From the IMG/VR virus record IMGVR_UViG_3300007513_000009: a stretch of DNA of 64,000 nt. The stretch is one strand, 5' to 3'. Made by a program: the position numbers and the translations under genes. Source of the stretch: a virus. Shown piece by piece: positions 37,113 through 46,577 of the stretch. The notes under the pieces were generated by a model, which saw nothing but the letters and a program-made list of their open reading frames with translations, did no database searches and was not told the DNA's origin. Each line of letters begins with the position of its first letter. Positions within the stretch are counted from its first letter, which is position 1.

Positions 37113-38501
37113 ATGGGTTTACTAAACCGATTTGGAGCGTCTAATCCTGATAATGTTTTTTCTTCTGGTTTAAAATTTAAACTTGGTCATGTTGAAAGGG
37201 TTTTTAATGAAGAAAGTGATTTATCATTTTTTATGAAAAAATATGAAAGAACCTTTTCAGAAGTATCTCAGATAATAGAATTTACACCGTATTCTAACAC
37301 ACATGGACAACCTGGTGCATCCAATAAACAACTTCCTAGGCAAACTAAATTAGCACATCCACTACTTAGAGGTTTTTCTGATTCTATAACTCATGGTGAT
37401 TTGATTTTTTATGTTGTTGTAGAAGGAATAACTTGTTATTTGGGTCCCATAAATACTAGGAACAATCCAAGTAAAGCAGTTGATCATGTGCATATTAATA
37501 CCAAACAAGATGAATTAAAAAATAAAGACGGTTATAATAAACTTGTTCCTGTAATAAAAACTTATAAAGTAAATAAACCAACTAATAAAATATTAGATGA
37601 CCCAAATGATAAATCAATTAATTTTGATGGTTCATTATTAGATTATGAATCTAGAGTTAGTGATGTAGTATTGGAGGGTAGATATAATAATCATATCAGA
37701 ATTGGTAATAGGAATGTAGCACCTTTGATTAGTATTAATAATGGGGTAGGTAATAATCAAACTGGGGATGGTTCATTAATTTTTATGTCTGCATTGGGTG
37801 GTATTGATGATCATTTAGATACTTTAAAAATTAGTAATAGAGATGGAGAAAATAAACTATATAACTTTATTTTATCTTGTGATGATATATCAACACCAGT
37901 TGAAGATTATATGGCAAATTGGGTTATGGGGATGGGTAACGATTCTATTGATGAACAGAATAAATTTAATTATGAATATGGTCCAGTTTTAAGTAGAAAA
38001 ACAGAAGAAGATAGAGAGAATGAAAAATTTCCATCAAAACATCAAATTTTTATTACATCTGAAAGAATAGTTTTTGATGCATATGGAAATGATGGGGATT
38101 TTACATTATCATCACATCGTAATATAAACTTAGGTGCTGGTAATAATTTCACTTTAACAAATAAAGGATTCACAGTTATTCAATCAAAGAATATTTATTT
38201 AGGAGAGGCAAGTAAAGAAAGAACTCAGCCAATGGTGTTGGGTAATGAATTAAATAATTTGCTGAAAGAAATTATGGATATTATGTTAGATGCACATGCT
38301 TTAGTACAGGGTGTTCCAATACGATTGGTAGATTCTAAAGGTAATTTTTTATTTAATAGGATTACACAAGTAATTGATAAATTAAATATAAAAATTGAAA
38401 GGAATTATGATGCTGAAAATAAAATACCAACAACAGATAGAATTAGTGGTCCTGCTTATTTAAGTCATCACCACTTTATAGAACAAAATAGAACAACGTA
38501 G
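37113..38501 (+). CDS. putative baseplate hub/spike protein
   Basis: DVVLEGRYNNHIRIG, QIFITSERIVF, NIYLG…QPMVLGNEL; lies upstream of gp25/gp6-like genes. Confidence 0.55.
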   Translation: MGLLNRFGASNPDNVFSSGLKFKLGHVERVFNEESDLSFFMKKYERTFSEVSQIIEFTPYSNTHGQPGASNKQLPRQTKLAHPLLRGFSDSITHGDLIFYVVVEGITCYLGPINTRNNPSKAVDHVHINTKQDELKNKDGYNKLVPVIKTYKVNKPTNKILDDPNDKSINFDGSLLDYESRVSDVVLEGRYNNHIRIGNRNVAPLISINNGVGNNQTGDGSLIFMSALGGIDDHLDTLKISNRDGENKLYNFILSCDDISTPVEDYMANWVMGMGNDSIDEQNKFNYEYGPVLSRKTEEDRENEKFPSKHQIFITSERIVFDAYGNDGDFTLSSHRNINLGAGNNFTLTNKGFTVIQSKNIYLGEASKERTQPMVLGNELNNLLKEIMDIMLDAHALVQGVPIRLVDSKGNFLFNRITQVIDKLNIKIERNYDAENKIPTTDRISGPAYLSHHHFIEQNRTT

Positions 38502-38510
38502 GAGTTAAAA

Positions 38511-38933
38511 ATGAAGGTTAATATATTCAAGAAATTGATCAGAGAAGTAGTAAGAGAAGAGTTAGATTATGCTATGGGTCGACTTGAAAAAAACATACAA
38601 GAAACTATAGTTAAGAACAAGGTAACCAAGATATATGAAGAGGCGCCTAAAGACGATGTATATTCGAGGTTACAAAAGAAATTGGATACTAATCAATCTG
38701 GAAAAAAAGATACTCGTCCATTGACTAAAAATCAAATTATCAATGGTTTGTTAGAAGAAACTGCTAAAGGTGAAGAATGGAAGTCTATGAATGATGAACC
38801 AGAACCATCTGTAAAAGAAAATAAAGAACTTCCAGATCATCTATCTGAAGCATTTAATAAAGATTATTCTAAAATGTTAGAAGCTGCAGATAAGAAATCA
38901 TTAAATAAAATACCACCACCTGCTGGATCTTAA
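38511..38933 (+). CDS. hypothetical virion-associated protein
   Basis: MKVNIFKKLIREVVREE N-terminus; structural operon context. Confidence 0.6.
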   Translation: MKVNIFKKLIREVVREELDYAMGRLEKNIQETIVKNKVTKIYEEAPKDDVYSRLQKKLDTNQSGKKDTRPLTKNQIINGLLEETAKGEEWKSMNDEPEPSVKENKELPDHLSEAFNKDYSKMLEAADKKSLNKIPPPAGS

Positions 38934-38940
38934 GTGATTT

Positions 38941-39318
38941 ATGAATATAAATAATAAACCAAGCCTTAGGGCAGATTTGTATGACATCTTAGTTGATAAT
39001 TTAGGTGAGGAAAATGTTAATGTTGAGGATGATAATGGTAAGAAACCATTTCAATCTAAAATTGATAAACTTGCTTATGGATTATCCAAAGCAATTACTG
39101 CGTATGTGGCTCGACAAGAGTTTGTGATTACAGAAATGAATGCTCCAGTAATGACGGCTGTTGGTCCCGGTATGGCTAGTTTAAGTAGAGAAGGTAAAGG
39201 TATGACAGCTTCTCCATTAGAACCATTAAATACATATGTAACGAAAGTTAAAGCAGAATTTGTTCAACCAGATGAAATTCAACCAAGTAAAAAATTAGGC
39301 CGTGGGAGACAAATATAA
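38941..39318 (+). CDS. hypothetical protein
   Basis: ORF in the structural operon. Confidence 0.6.
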   Translation: MNINNKPSLRADLYDILVDNLGEENVNVEDDNGKKPFQSKIDKLAYGLSKAITAYVARQEFVITEMNAPVMTAVGPGMASLSREGKGMTASPLEPLNTYVTKVKAEFVQPDEIQPSKKLGRGRQI

Positions 39319-39854
39319 TGGCGATAGTTGACAGAAGAACAAATCAATTAATTGAAGATAAAGATACGCGATTAAGTGTTGGTATTGATTTTCCATTTGC
39401 TAATGTTCCTAATCAAGATGGATATTTTAAAACAACTAAAACTACAATTGATTCAATTAAAAATAATATAAAATTATTATTACAAACAGAACGATATGAA
39501 AGAGTTTTTCAACCAAATCTTGGGATGGATATTAAAAGTATTTTATTTGAACCAATGTCGGAAGATATACAAATTCAAATTGAAAATAATATTGTTGATA
39601 TGATGGAAGTGTGGATGCCCTTTGTTGATATAAAAGATATACAGGTATTTACGAGTGTTAATCAAGTAAATATAAAGTTAGTATTTGATATCAGTAGAGC
39701 GTCATCTTTAACAGCTGGTGTTGAATTTGAAACTGTTGATTTGTTTTTTAACAGAATTGCTGATTCTGAAAGAGGTGTTTCTTTTAGTGGAGGAAGTACA
39801 GGACCGATAGGAGACTTTTCTATCTCAGAAGCATCTTCCAACTTTGAATATTAA
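39318..39854 (+). CDS. baseplate wedge protein, gp25/GPW family
   Basis: IKNNIKLLLQTERYERVFQPNLGMDIKSILFEP…WMPFV. Confidence 0.88.
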   Translation: MAIVDRRTNQLIEDKDTRLSVGIDFPFANVPNQDGYFKTTKTTIDSIKNNIKLLLQTERYERVFQPNLGMDIKSILFEPMSEDIQIQIENNIVDMMEVWMPFVDIKDIQVFTSVNQVNIKLVFDISRASSLTAGVEFETVDLFFNRIADSERGVSFSGGSTGPIGDFSISEASSNFEY

Positions 39855-39868
39855 AATGAGAAATAATT

Positions 39869-41794
39869 ATGCCGTACACACAAGATAACAACTTTCAACC
39901 ATCTAATATCAAATATACTTCTAAAGATTTTACATCTATTAAGGATGATCTGATAAATTATACTAAAGCTTATTTTCCAAATACTTATAGAGATTTTAAT
40001 GAAACATCTCCTGGTATGATGTTGATTGAATTGACAAGTTATGTTGGTGATGTATTGAGTTATTATATTGATTACAATTATAAAGAAAATTTATTAGCAA
40101 CTGCTACAGAAAAACGAAATGTTTTAAATTTAGCAGAATTTTTAGGATACAAACATAATACAGTAACACCATCTACTGTTGAATTAAAAATAACAAAAGA
40201 AGTTAATGCGGATGCGGGTGATACAACTAAACCAATAAAAACTACTACATTATTAGAACCAGGATTTCAAATAAAATCAAATGTAGATAGTGAATTAGTA
40301 TTTGAAACATTAGATTATGTAGATTTTCAAAATACAGGATCTTACCCACAACCAATAATTGAACAATCAGCAGAAGATGGGAATGGTATAGCAACAAAAT
40401 ATAAAATAACGCATACTGTTAATGCTGTTTCTGGAAAAACAAAAACAAAAACTTTTAGTATAACTAATCCTACTAAATTTTTAGAATTAGAGTTGAGTGA
40501 AACTAATGTAATTGAAATTTTAGACATGACGGATAGTTCAGGACAAAAATGGTATGAGGTGGATTATTTAGCACAAGATAAAATATTAAAAGAAACACAT
40601 TATAGTAAAAATGCAAATCAAGATCTACCAACACCTAACTTAGAAGTTGATGTTGCAGTACCATTTACATTAGAGTATATAAAAACAAATAAAAAATTTG
40701 TTAAAAAAATTGATGTAGATACTAACACTACTAAATTACAATTTGGAAATGGGTTGTATAAATATAATGTTTCTGGTTCAGGCGCATCATTTGATTCTAT
40801 AATTCAACAACAAGGAATAAATGTGGCTGGTGTTCCTATGACGACTATTAATGCTGGTATTAGTAATTTAATAAAGAATAATACAATTAATCTTGGTGAA
40901 AGTCCAGCTAATACTATGTTGACTGTAACATATAGAGTTGGGGGTGGACCAAGTGCTAATGTACAGTTTGGTGAAATAACCGAAGTTGTTGATGATAGTG
41001 CTGGTGTTATAGTAACAAATGATTTTCCTGCGGTGGGTGGGACAGATGGATTAACAGTAGATGAGATAAAAGAAAATGCTAAAGCTTTATTTGCATCTCA
41101 ATTACGATGTGTTACCAAAGAAGATTATCAGGCAAGAATTATGACATTACCTGCGAAATTTGGAAATATTGCTAAATGTTATGTTGAGCGTGGGGATGGT
41201 GGACAATCATTGGTGGTAAGAACTTTATCATATAATAAAAATAAACAATTAGTAAAAACACCATTGGTAGTTTTTCAAAATCTACAAAATTATCTTGAAC
41301 AATTCAGAATGATAAATGATAATTTAGATTTTGGGATTGGATTGGCTGGAGGAAATTATTCTGGTCATTGGATAAATTTTGGAGTACAATTTGATGTTAA
41401 TTATGATAGACGATTTGATCCAAGAGAAGTTAAATTAGAAGTAATAGATGTAATAAAAAACTATTTTAGAATTGATAAAATGCAATTTAAACAATCGATT
41501 AATTTAAATGATTTGGAATATAATATAATTGGATTAGATGGTGTTATTGGAATAGCTGAATTAAAATTAGTGCAAACATTTGATGATGGAACGAAATTAT
41601 ATGGTTTGGATCAAAATGGTGAACCAACACCGGACGCTGTTGATGGATATGGTTTTTTATATCCATTTGCGGATGATCAAAATGATACAACTGATGAGGC
41701 TGTTTCAGCCAATAATATATTAAGACCATCTGTAACACCAGCTGTATTTGAAATAAGAAACCCAAATACGGATATTAAGGGTAGGGTGAGATAA
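39869..41794 (+). CDS. baseplate wedge protein, T4 gp6 / baseplate J-like
   Basis: KDFTSIKDDLI…DFNETSPGMMLIE…SYVGDVLSYY…LQFGNG…YRVGGG…QLRCVTKEDY. Confidence 0.88.
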   Translation: MPYTQDNNFQPSNIKYTSKDFTSIKDDLINYTKAYFPNTYRDFNETSPGMMLIELTSYVGDVLSYYIDYNYKENLLATATEKRNVLNLAEFLGYKHNTVTPSTVELKITKEVNADAGDTTKPIKTTTLLEPGFQIKSNVDSELVFETLDYVDFQNTGSYPQPIIEQSAEDGNGIATKYKITHTVNAVSGKTKTKTFSITNPTKFLELELSETNVIEILDMTDSSGQKWYEVDYLAQDKILKETHYSKNANQDLPTPNLEVDVAVPFTLEYIKTNKKFVKKIDVDTNTTKLQFGNGLYKYNVSGSGASFDSIIQQQGINVAGVPMTTINAGISNLIKNNTINLGESPANTMLTVTYRVGGGPSANVQFGEITEVVDDSAGVIVTNDFPAVGGTDGLTVDEIKENAKALFASQLRCVTKEDYQARIMTLPAKFGNIAKCYVERGDGGQSLVVRTLSYNKNKQLVKTPLVVFQNLQNYLEQFRMINDNLDFGIGLAGGNYSGHWINFGVQFDVNYDRRFDPREVKLEVIDVIKNYFRIDKMQFKQSINLNDLEYNIIGLDGVIGIAELKLVQTFDDGTKLYGLDQNGEPTPDAVDGYGFLYPFADDQNDTTDEAVSANNILRPSVTPAVFEIRNPNTDIKGRVR

Positions 41795-41795
41795 C

Positions 41796-42914
41796 ATGCA
41801 TAAATTTTTCTTTGCTACAAAAGACGCAACTATTAATAGTGGTTCACATTTAATCACTGGCGAAACCTTTAAAGATAAGAATACAGGACAGGATGAAGTA
41901 TTAGAAATTAAAAAAGTTTTTTCCAATAGAACATTCAAATATCCAACAAGAGCATTAATACAATTTGATACAAATGAAGTTCAATCTTTTTTAACAGAAA
42001 ATAATATTGCATCAAATCAATATAGTGCATCTATTAGACTTTATGAAACCACTGGCACGAGTGGTTTGTCGGAAACATATAATGTTGCTGCTTATCCATT
42101 AAGTCAAGAGTGGGATGAGGGTGTTGGTAAGGAAGTAGATACCCCAAAAACTACTGAAGGTGTTAGTTGGGAGTATAGACAAAACAAACCTGGGGCTAAC
42201 GAGATAGCTTGGACAAATGCTGGTGGAACACATATTGTTGGTGATGTAGTATCCCAATCTTTTTCATCTGAGTCTCCTGATATTAATATGAATGTCACAT
42301 CGATTGTAAAGGATTGGTTAGATAGTACAAATCCAAATTACGGATTATTGCTTATGCTTTCAGGAAGTACTTTAGAACCAAATAAGACTTATGAAAATGC
42401 AACTGGTAGTTTCGAAGATTTAAAATTCTTTTCAAGACAAACTAATACAATTTATTCACCAAAGTTAGAAATCAAATGGGATGATCATTTACCAGCAACG
42501 GGGGATAATACAGGTAGTTTGATTGCTTTAGATATTAGTGGTAATGTGGAGAATTATTTGTATCCATTACATTCTAGAGAAGCTTATAAAGAAACAGAAA
42601 CAGTTAAGTTTAGGTTTGGTGCTCGCAAACGATATATAGATAAAACATTTAGTACATCTATACAATCCATAAGTGGTAGTTTTATTCCAGAAGGTTCAGG
42701 TTCATATTCTATTATTGATATGGCAACAAATGAATCGGTTGTTCCATTTAGTCCATTTACATCAATGAGTTGTGATACTGTATCAAGTTATTTTAAACAA
42801 GATTTAAATTCATATGAACCAAATAGGTCTTATAAAATATTAATTAAACTATCACATGATGATAATCAAGAAATTATATTTGATGATGGCTTTGAATTTA
42901 TTATAAGGAGTTAA
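41796..42914 (+). CDS. virion structural protein (DNRLRE-like domain)
   Basis: KDATI…NTGQDEVLEI…RALIQFD…WDEG…NVTSIVKDW…NYGLLL…PKLEIKW. Confidence 0.65.
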   Translation: MHKFFFATKDATINSGSHLITGETFKDKNTGQDEVLEIKKVFSNRTFKYPTRALIQFDTNEVQSFLTENNIASNQYSASIRLYETTGTSGLSETYNVAAYPLSQEWDEGVGKEVDTPKTTEGVSWEYRQNKPGANEIAWTNAGGTHIVGDVVSQSFSSESPDINMNVTSIVKDWLDSTNPNYGLLLMLSGSTLEPNKTYENATGSFEDLKFFSRQTNTIYSPKLEIKWDDHLPATGDNTGSLIALDISGNVENYLYPLHSREAYKETETVKFRFGARKRYIDKTFSTSIQSISGSFIPEGSGSYSIIDMATNESVVPFSPFTSMSCDTVSSYFKQDLNSYEPNRSYKILIKLSHDDNQEIIFDDGFEFIIRS

Positions 42915-42915
42915 T

Positions 42916-45900
42916 ATGTCTTATAATTCTGGTTCCAAAAATACATATGGTACTATAAACATTGAGTTACAAAATACTAGTGATTTACAAGAAGATGTTT
43001 CTTATGATTATATAGCACAAAAACAAAATGGGGGCCCATTTAAAGGATATGCTACTGTTAGAAATGATGGAACTAAACTAGTTTTAGTTGATAATTCATT
43101 CACCCTTCCAGATAATCCACCACCATATTCAGATAGATCAGAAATACAAATACAGAATAGTGATACTGGACAACTTGTTTTAAATACATATATAACCGAT
43201 ATAGTTAATCATGGTGAAAAGGAAGTATTTTCTTATGGTTCAAAATCACAAGAAACAATAAATAAATATACAGCTACTCAATTTGATCCAACAAGAGTTG
43301 CTAATGTTGCGGATACACAAACCGATACACAAACCCTTGATTATACTGATGATGGTAGGCCGATAGAAATAAGGCCTGGAGTTTTTCAACATCAAAATGA
43401 TAATTTATTATATTATAAGGATGGGTCAACAATACCTATCCCACCATTAACCGACACATATCAGAGAGGTGGCGAACATACTCAGAAACAACAATGTCAT
43501 GGTTGTCAATTTTTTAATGAAGTTGCTGGATATTGTAGTAAATATAGAGTTGATGCAAGACATCAATATTGGTGTTCTTCATGGGGAGATCCAAAAAGAA
43601 CGGATACTGTTGAGGATTTCCTAACAGGAGATTCAAAGACAACTTATTCTGATCCAAAGTATAGAGATTTAAAAGTAAGAAAAGAAGATGAGGAAAAATG
43701 GAAAAAATATAAAAATAAATTTACTGAAGATACTGGTTCTATAGATACACAACCAACTGGTTCTAGGGATTCGGAAACAGACGACATCGATCCGCCAAAT
43801 ATGGTAGAAGGTTTTGAAGTAGATATAACTCTTTATGATCCATTGGCTACAGACGGTACTGTACAATTACCAGTTTGGTGGTATCCCACCCCTTCTCTGA
43901 CTCATTATGAGTTTGGTATTCAAGTACATATAATTGGTTTAAATCCATCTGGAGACTGGCAAATTAATGAGACAATAACCTATAGTGATAACCATGATAG
44001 TTTTGATATACAAATAAATCAAATAAAAGGAGAATTGGCTGTACCATATCGGATAGTATCGACTTTCGAAGGTAATAGTGTAATTAAAATTGATAGAGAT
44101 TCGGATGGTTTTATTGGTGGAGATGCGCAATTTGAAATTATAGTTAATTTTAATAAAATTTATAATGACTCTTCAACCAATTATCTAGATATATTAGTAA
44201 ATCAAACAGCAACATTTGAAACACCAATAATTTCAATAGAACCAGAATTTATTGATGATGAAGAAGTAGAATATTTCCCAACTGGAAGTGATGGTGCGGC
44301 AATAATACCTGATGAAAAAACTATTAAAAGAATGATTAGAGAAAAAGTTTATGAGGGGATGTATTCGGCTGTAATTACTTCTGATTTAGGACCACACAAT
44401 ATAATGAGTTTCCAACAAACAATAAGAGATGGTGCAATGACTGTTGGAAGAAATGCCGATGATATTTTGATTTATACTAAAAAAGATGGAAATGTTTTAG
44501 GTCAAACTGATGATGAAATTGAAGATATAGTAACTCAGATATATGCCGATGGTGAAGATATATGGGCTAATAGCACAAATATGAGTTATATTCAAAACCA
44601 AATAGAAAATTTCGATATAACTTATTTTACTGATGAATCAGAATATGCGCATAAAATATATAAAGTTCAATATGGTGACGGTGATCCAAAAGTGTATGCA
44701 AAAGCACAAGAAGTAACGAATATGTGGAATTGGATAAATGTACCAAATATACCAAACATAGATTGGATAGAAGATTTTGGAAAAACTATAGATAAAACTA
44801 AAGCATACGAAACATTAGATACTACTATTTATGAACTTTTACCTTATCAAAGAACAAGACAAACTGAGGTTGATGAACTTTTTTCTCAATTGAATTCAAG
44901 TGATATGCTTGGGAATGTTCCTGGATTTGATGGAGATGGTAATATCACAGAAGAACAATTAGCTGAAGATTCTGGTTCGAGAATAAGTGAAAATGAAAGT
45001 TCATCTGCTCCAATAACAAGACTTGATACTCAAACGAATCTAGCAAATACAAATAAAACAATACAAGGATTACGCAATACTTTAAATACATATCTAAAGG
45101 ATGTTGATAATGTTGTTGAAGAAGTAGAAGATGATAGACCTGAATATCAAAATAGAGCTGAGGGATTTTTAAAATTAAGAAAACCAAATCAAGCAATCAT
45201 TATAAGAAATCCTGATGGTGGGGAGTTAGATTTTCAAAAAGACGATTCATATTTAACAGATGGGTTCACTATAACGATGTGGGTTAGGTTTGTTGGGAGA
45301 ACTGGACTTGGTACACTATTTAGTTTTGGGAATCCATATAAAGCAGATGTAGAGAATAGATACGGATTTAGATTAGAAACATTTACTGTAAGTCAAAAGG
45401 ATAGGTATCCTGATTATCCAAATAATGTGGGTACATCACAATGGATAACACCCAATTCTGTAGATAACTGGTCATGGCAGTGGCCAGTCGGTCATGTAAA
45501 TGAAAATGGGGATATGATTGAGACTCCATTTTATTATAGCGATTATGAAAGGTTTGTGAGGCTTGTGGTGTGGGATCATACAGATACAACCCCTTATAAT
45601 ACGGTGTCAAATTTAAACGGAAGCCCAGCTTTAGCAAACGATGATGGTTCTTTTGGAAAACTTTATGATAGCCACTTCGGTACATTGAGAAAAGGTAGAC
45701 AAAGATTATGGGATCCAGGATGGTATGAACCAAATGAAGGAGTGCAAGGGCATGTTGGTAGTGGTATAGGAGATTTGGCTGATGGTAATATAAGAAAAAC
45801 TTCATTACCTGTTTATTTCCCAATAGACGAATATGGAGATCAAGGACAAGGTGGGGCAATGGCTGAATTTGCTTTTAACTATACAAGAATACCAACTGAT

Positions 45901-46188
45901 AATTTAGATGAGTGGTTCTTTATATGTGCAACTTATGATCCAACTGTTGATGAAAAATCCGATTGGCAAAATTATTCATCTGATGGATCTTATCGTTGTA
46001 AAGTAGAAGTAATAAGCAGAAGAGATTTATTAACAGCTAGGGGTTTTAAAGTTGAAGAAATCCAAGCCCCTATGGATCAAGATCAAGCGGACACTACCGA
46101 CTATTACGATTATGCTGGTGATGGTCCACCAGTCGCTTCTTTTAATTATACAATGCAAGCAATAGACGATACTGACTTTTTTGAATAA
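42916..46188 (+). CDS. large virion/tail-associated protein with a LamG-like segment and a 4-Cys motif
   Basis: GFTITMWVRF…EWFFICATYD; structural context. Confidence 0.6.
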   Translation: MSYNSGSKNTYGTINIELQNTSDLQEDVSYDYIAQKQNGGPFKGYATVRNDGTKLVLVDNSFTLPDNPPPYSDRSEIQIQNSDTGQLVLNTYITDIVNHGEKEVFSYGSKSQETINKYTATQFDPTRVANVADTQTDTQTLDYTDDGRPIEIRPGVFQHQNDNLLYYKDGSTIPIPPLTDTYQRGGEHTQKQQCHGCQFFNEVAGYCSKYRVDARHQYWCSSWGDPKRTDTVEDFLTGDSKTTYSDPKYRDLKVRKEDEEKWKKYKNKFTEDTGSIDTQPTGSRDSETDDIDPPNMVEGFEVDITLYDPLATDGTVQLPVWWYPTPSLTHYEFGIQVHIIGLNPSGDWQINETITYSDNHDSFDIQINQIKGELAVPYRIVSTFEGNSVIKIDRDSDGFIGGDAQFEIIVNFNKIYNDSSTNYLDILVNQTATFETPIISIEPEFIDDEEVEYFPTGSDGAAIIPDEKTIKRMIREKVYEGMYSAVITSDLGPHNIMSFQQTIRDGAMTVGRNADDILIYTKKDGNVLGQTDDEIEDIVTQIYADGEDIWANSTNMSYIQNQIENFDITYFTDESEYAHKIYKVQYGDGDPKVYAKAQEVTNMWNWINVPNIPNIDWIEDFGKTIDKTKAYETLDTTIYELLPYQRTRQTEVDELFSQLNSSDMLGNVPGFDGDGNITEEQLAEDSGSRISENESSSAPITRLDTQTNLANTNKTIQGLRNTLNTYLKDVDNVVEEVEDDRPEYQNRAEGFLKLRKPNQAIIIRNPDGGELDFQKDDSYLTDGFTITMWVRFVGRTGLGTLFSFGNPYKADVENRYGFRLETFTVSQKDRYPDYPNNVGTSQWITPNSVDNWSWQWPVGHVNENGDMIETPFYYSDYERFVRLVVWDHTDTTPYNTVSNLNGSPALANDDGSFGKLYDSHFGTLRKGRQRLWDPGWYEPNEGVQGHVGSGIGDLADGNIRKTSLPVYFPIDEYGDQGQGGAMAEFAFNYTRIPTDNLDEWFFICATYDPTVDEKSDWQNYSSDGSYRCKVEVISRRDLLTARGFKVEEIQAPMDQDQADTTDYYDYAGDGPPVASFNYTMQAIDDTDFFE

Positions 46189-46197
46189 GGAATTATT

Positions 46198-46569
46198 ATG
46201 GGTACTACAGGAAATACAGAATATACACCACCAGACTTTGCTGAACCAGAAGTATCAGAAACAATTGATTTTACTGATACATCGACTGGAGCTACAGAAT
46301 GGTTATGGGATTTTGGAGATGGAACAACATCAGTAGAACAAAATCCATCACATACCTATAATGTTGCTGGTGAATATCAAGTCACATTAACAGTTTCGAA
46401 TGAATGGGGGTCTGATACAATAACTCAAACTGTAATAATAGAACAAAGTGAAACGGAAACCGAAGAAGAGACCGAAGAAGAAACCGAAGAAGAAACAGGT
46501 GATGGTAAAAATAAAAAAAAGAAAATATCCTTTAAAGGAGAAACTACAGAAACTGCTGATAACAGATAA
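46198..46569 (+). CDS. PKD domain protein
   Basis: FTDTSTGATEWLWDFGDGTTSVEQNPSHTYNVAGEYQVTLTVSNEWG. Confidence 0.92.
   Translation: MGTTGNTEYTPPDFAEPEVSETIDFTDTSTGATEWLWDFGDGTTSVEQNPSHTYNVAGEYQVTLTVSNEWGSDTITQTVIIEQSETETEEETEEETEEETGDGKNKKKKISFKGETTETADNR
46456..46491 (+). repeat. 12-bp tandem repeat x3 (ETEE)
   Basis: GARACCGAAGAA three times. Confidence 0.85.
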
Positions 46570-46577
46570 GAATAAAG

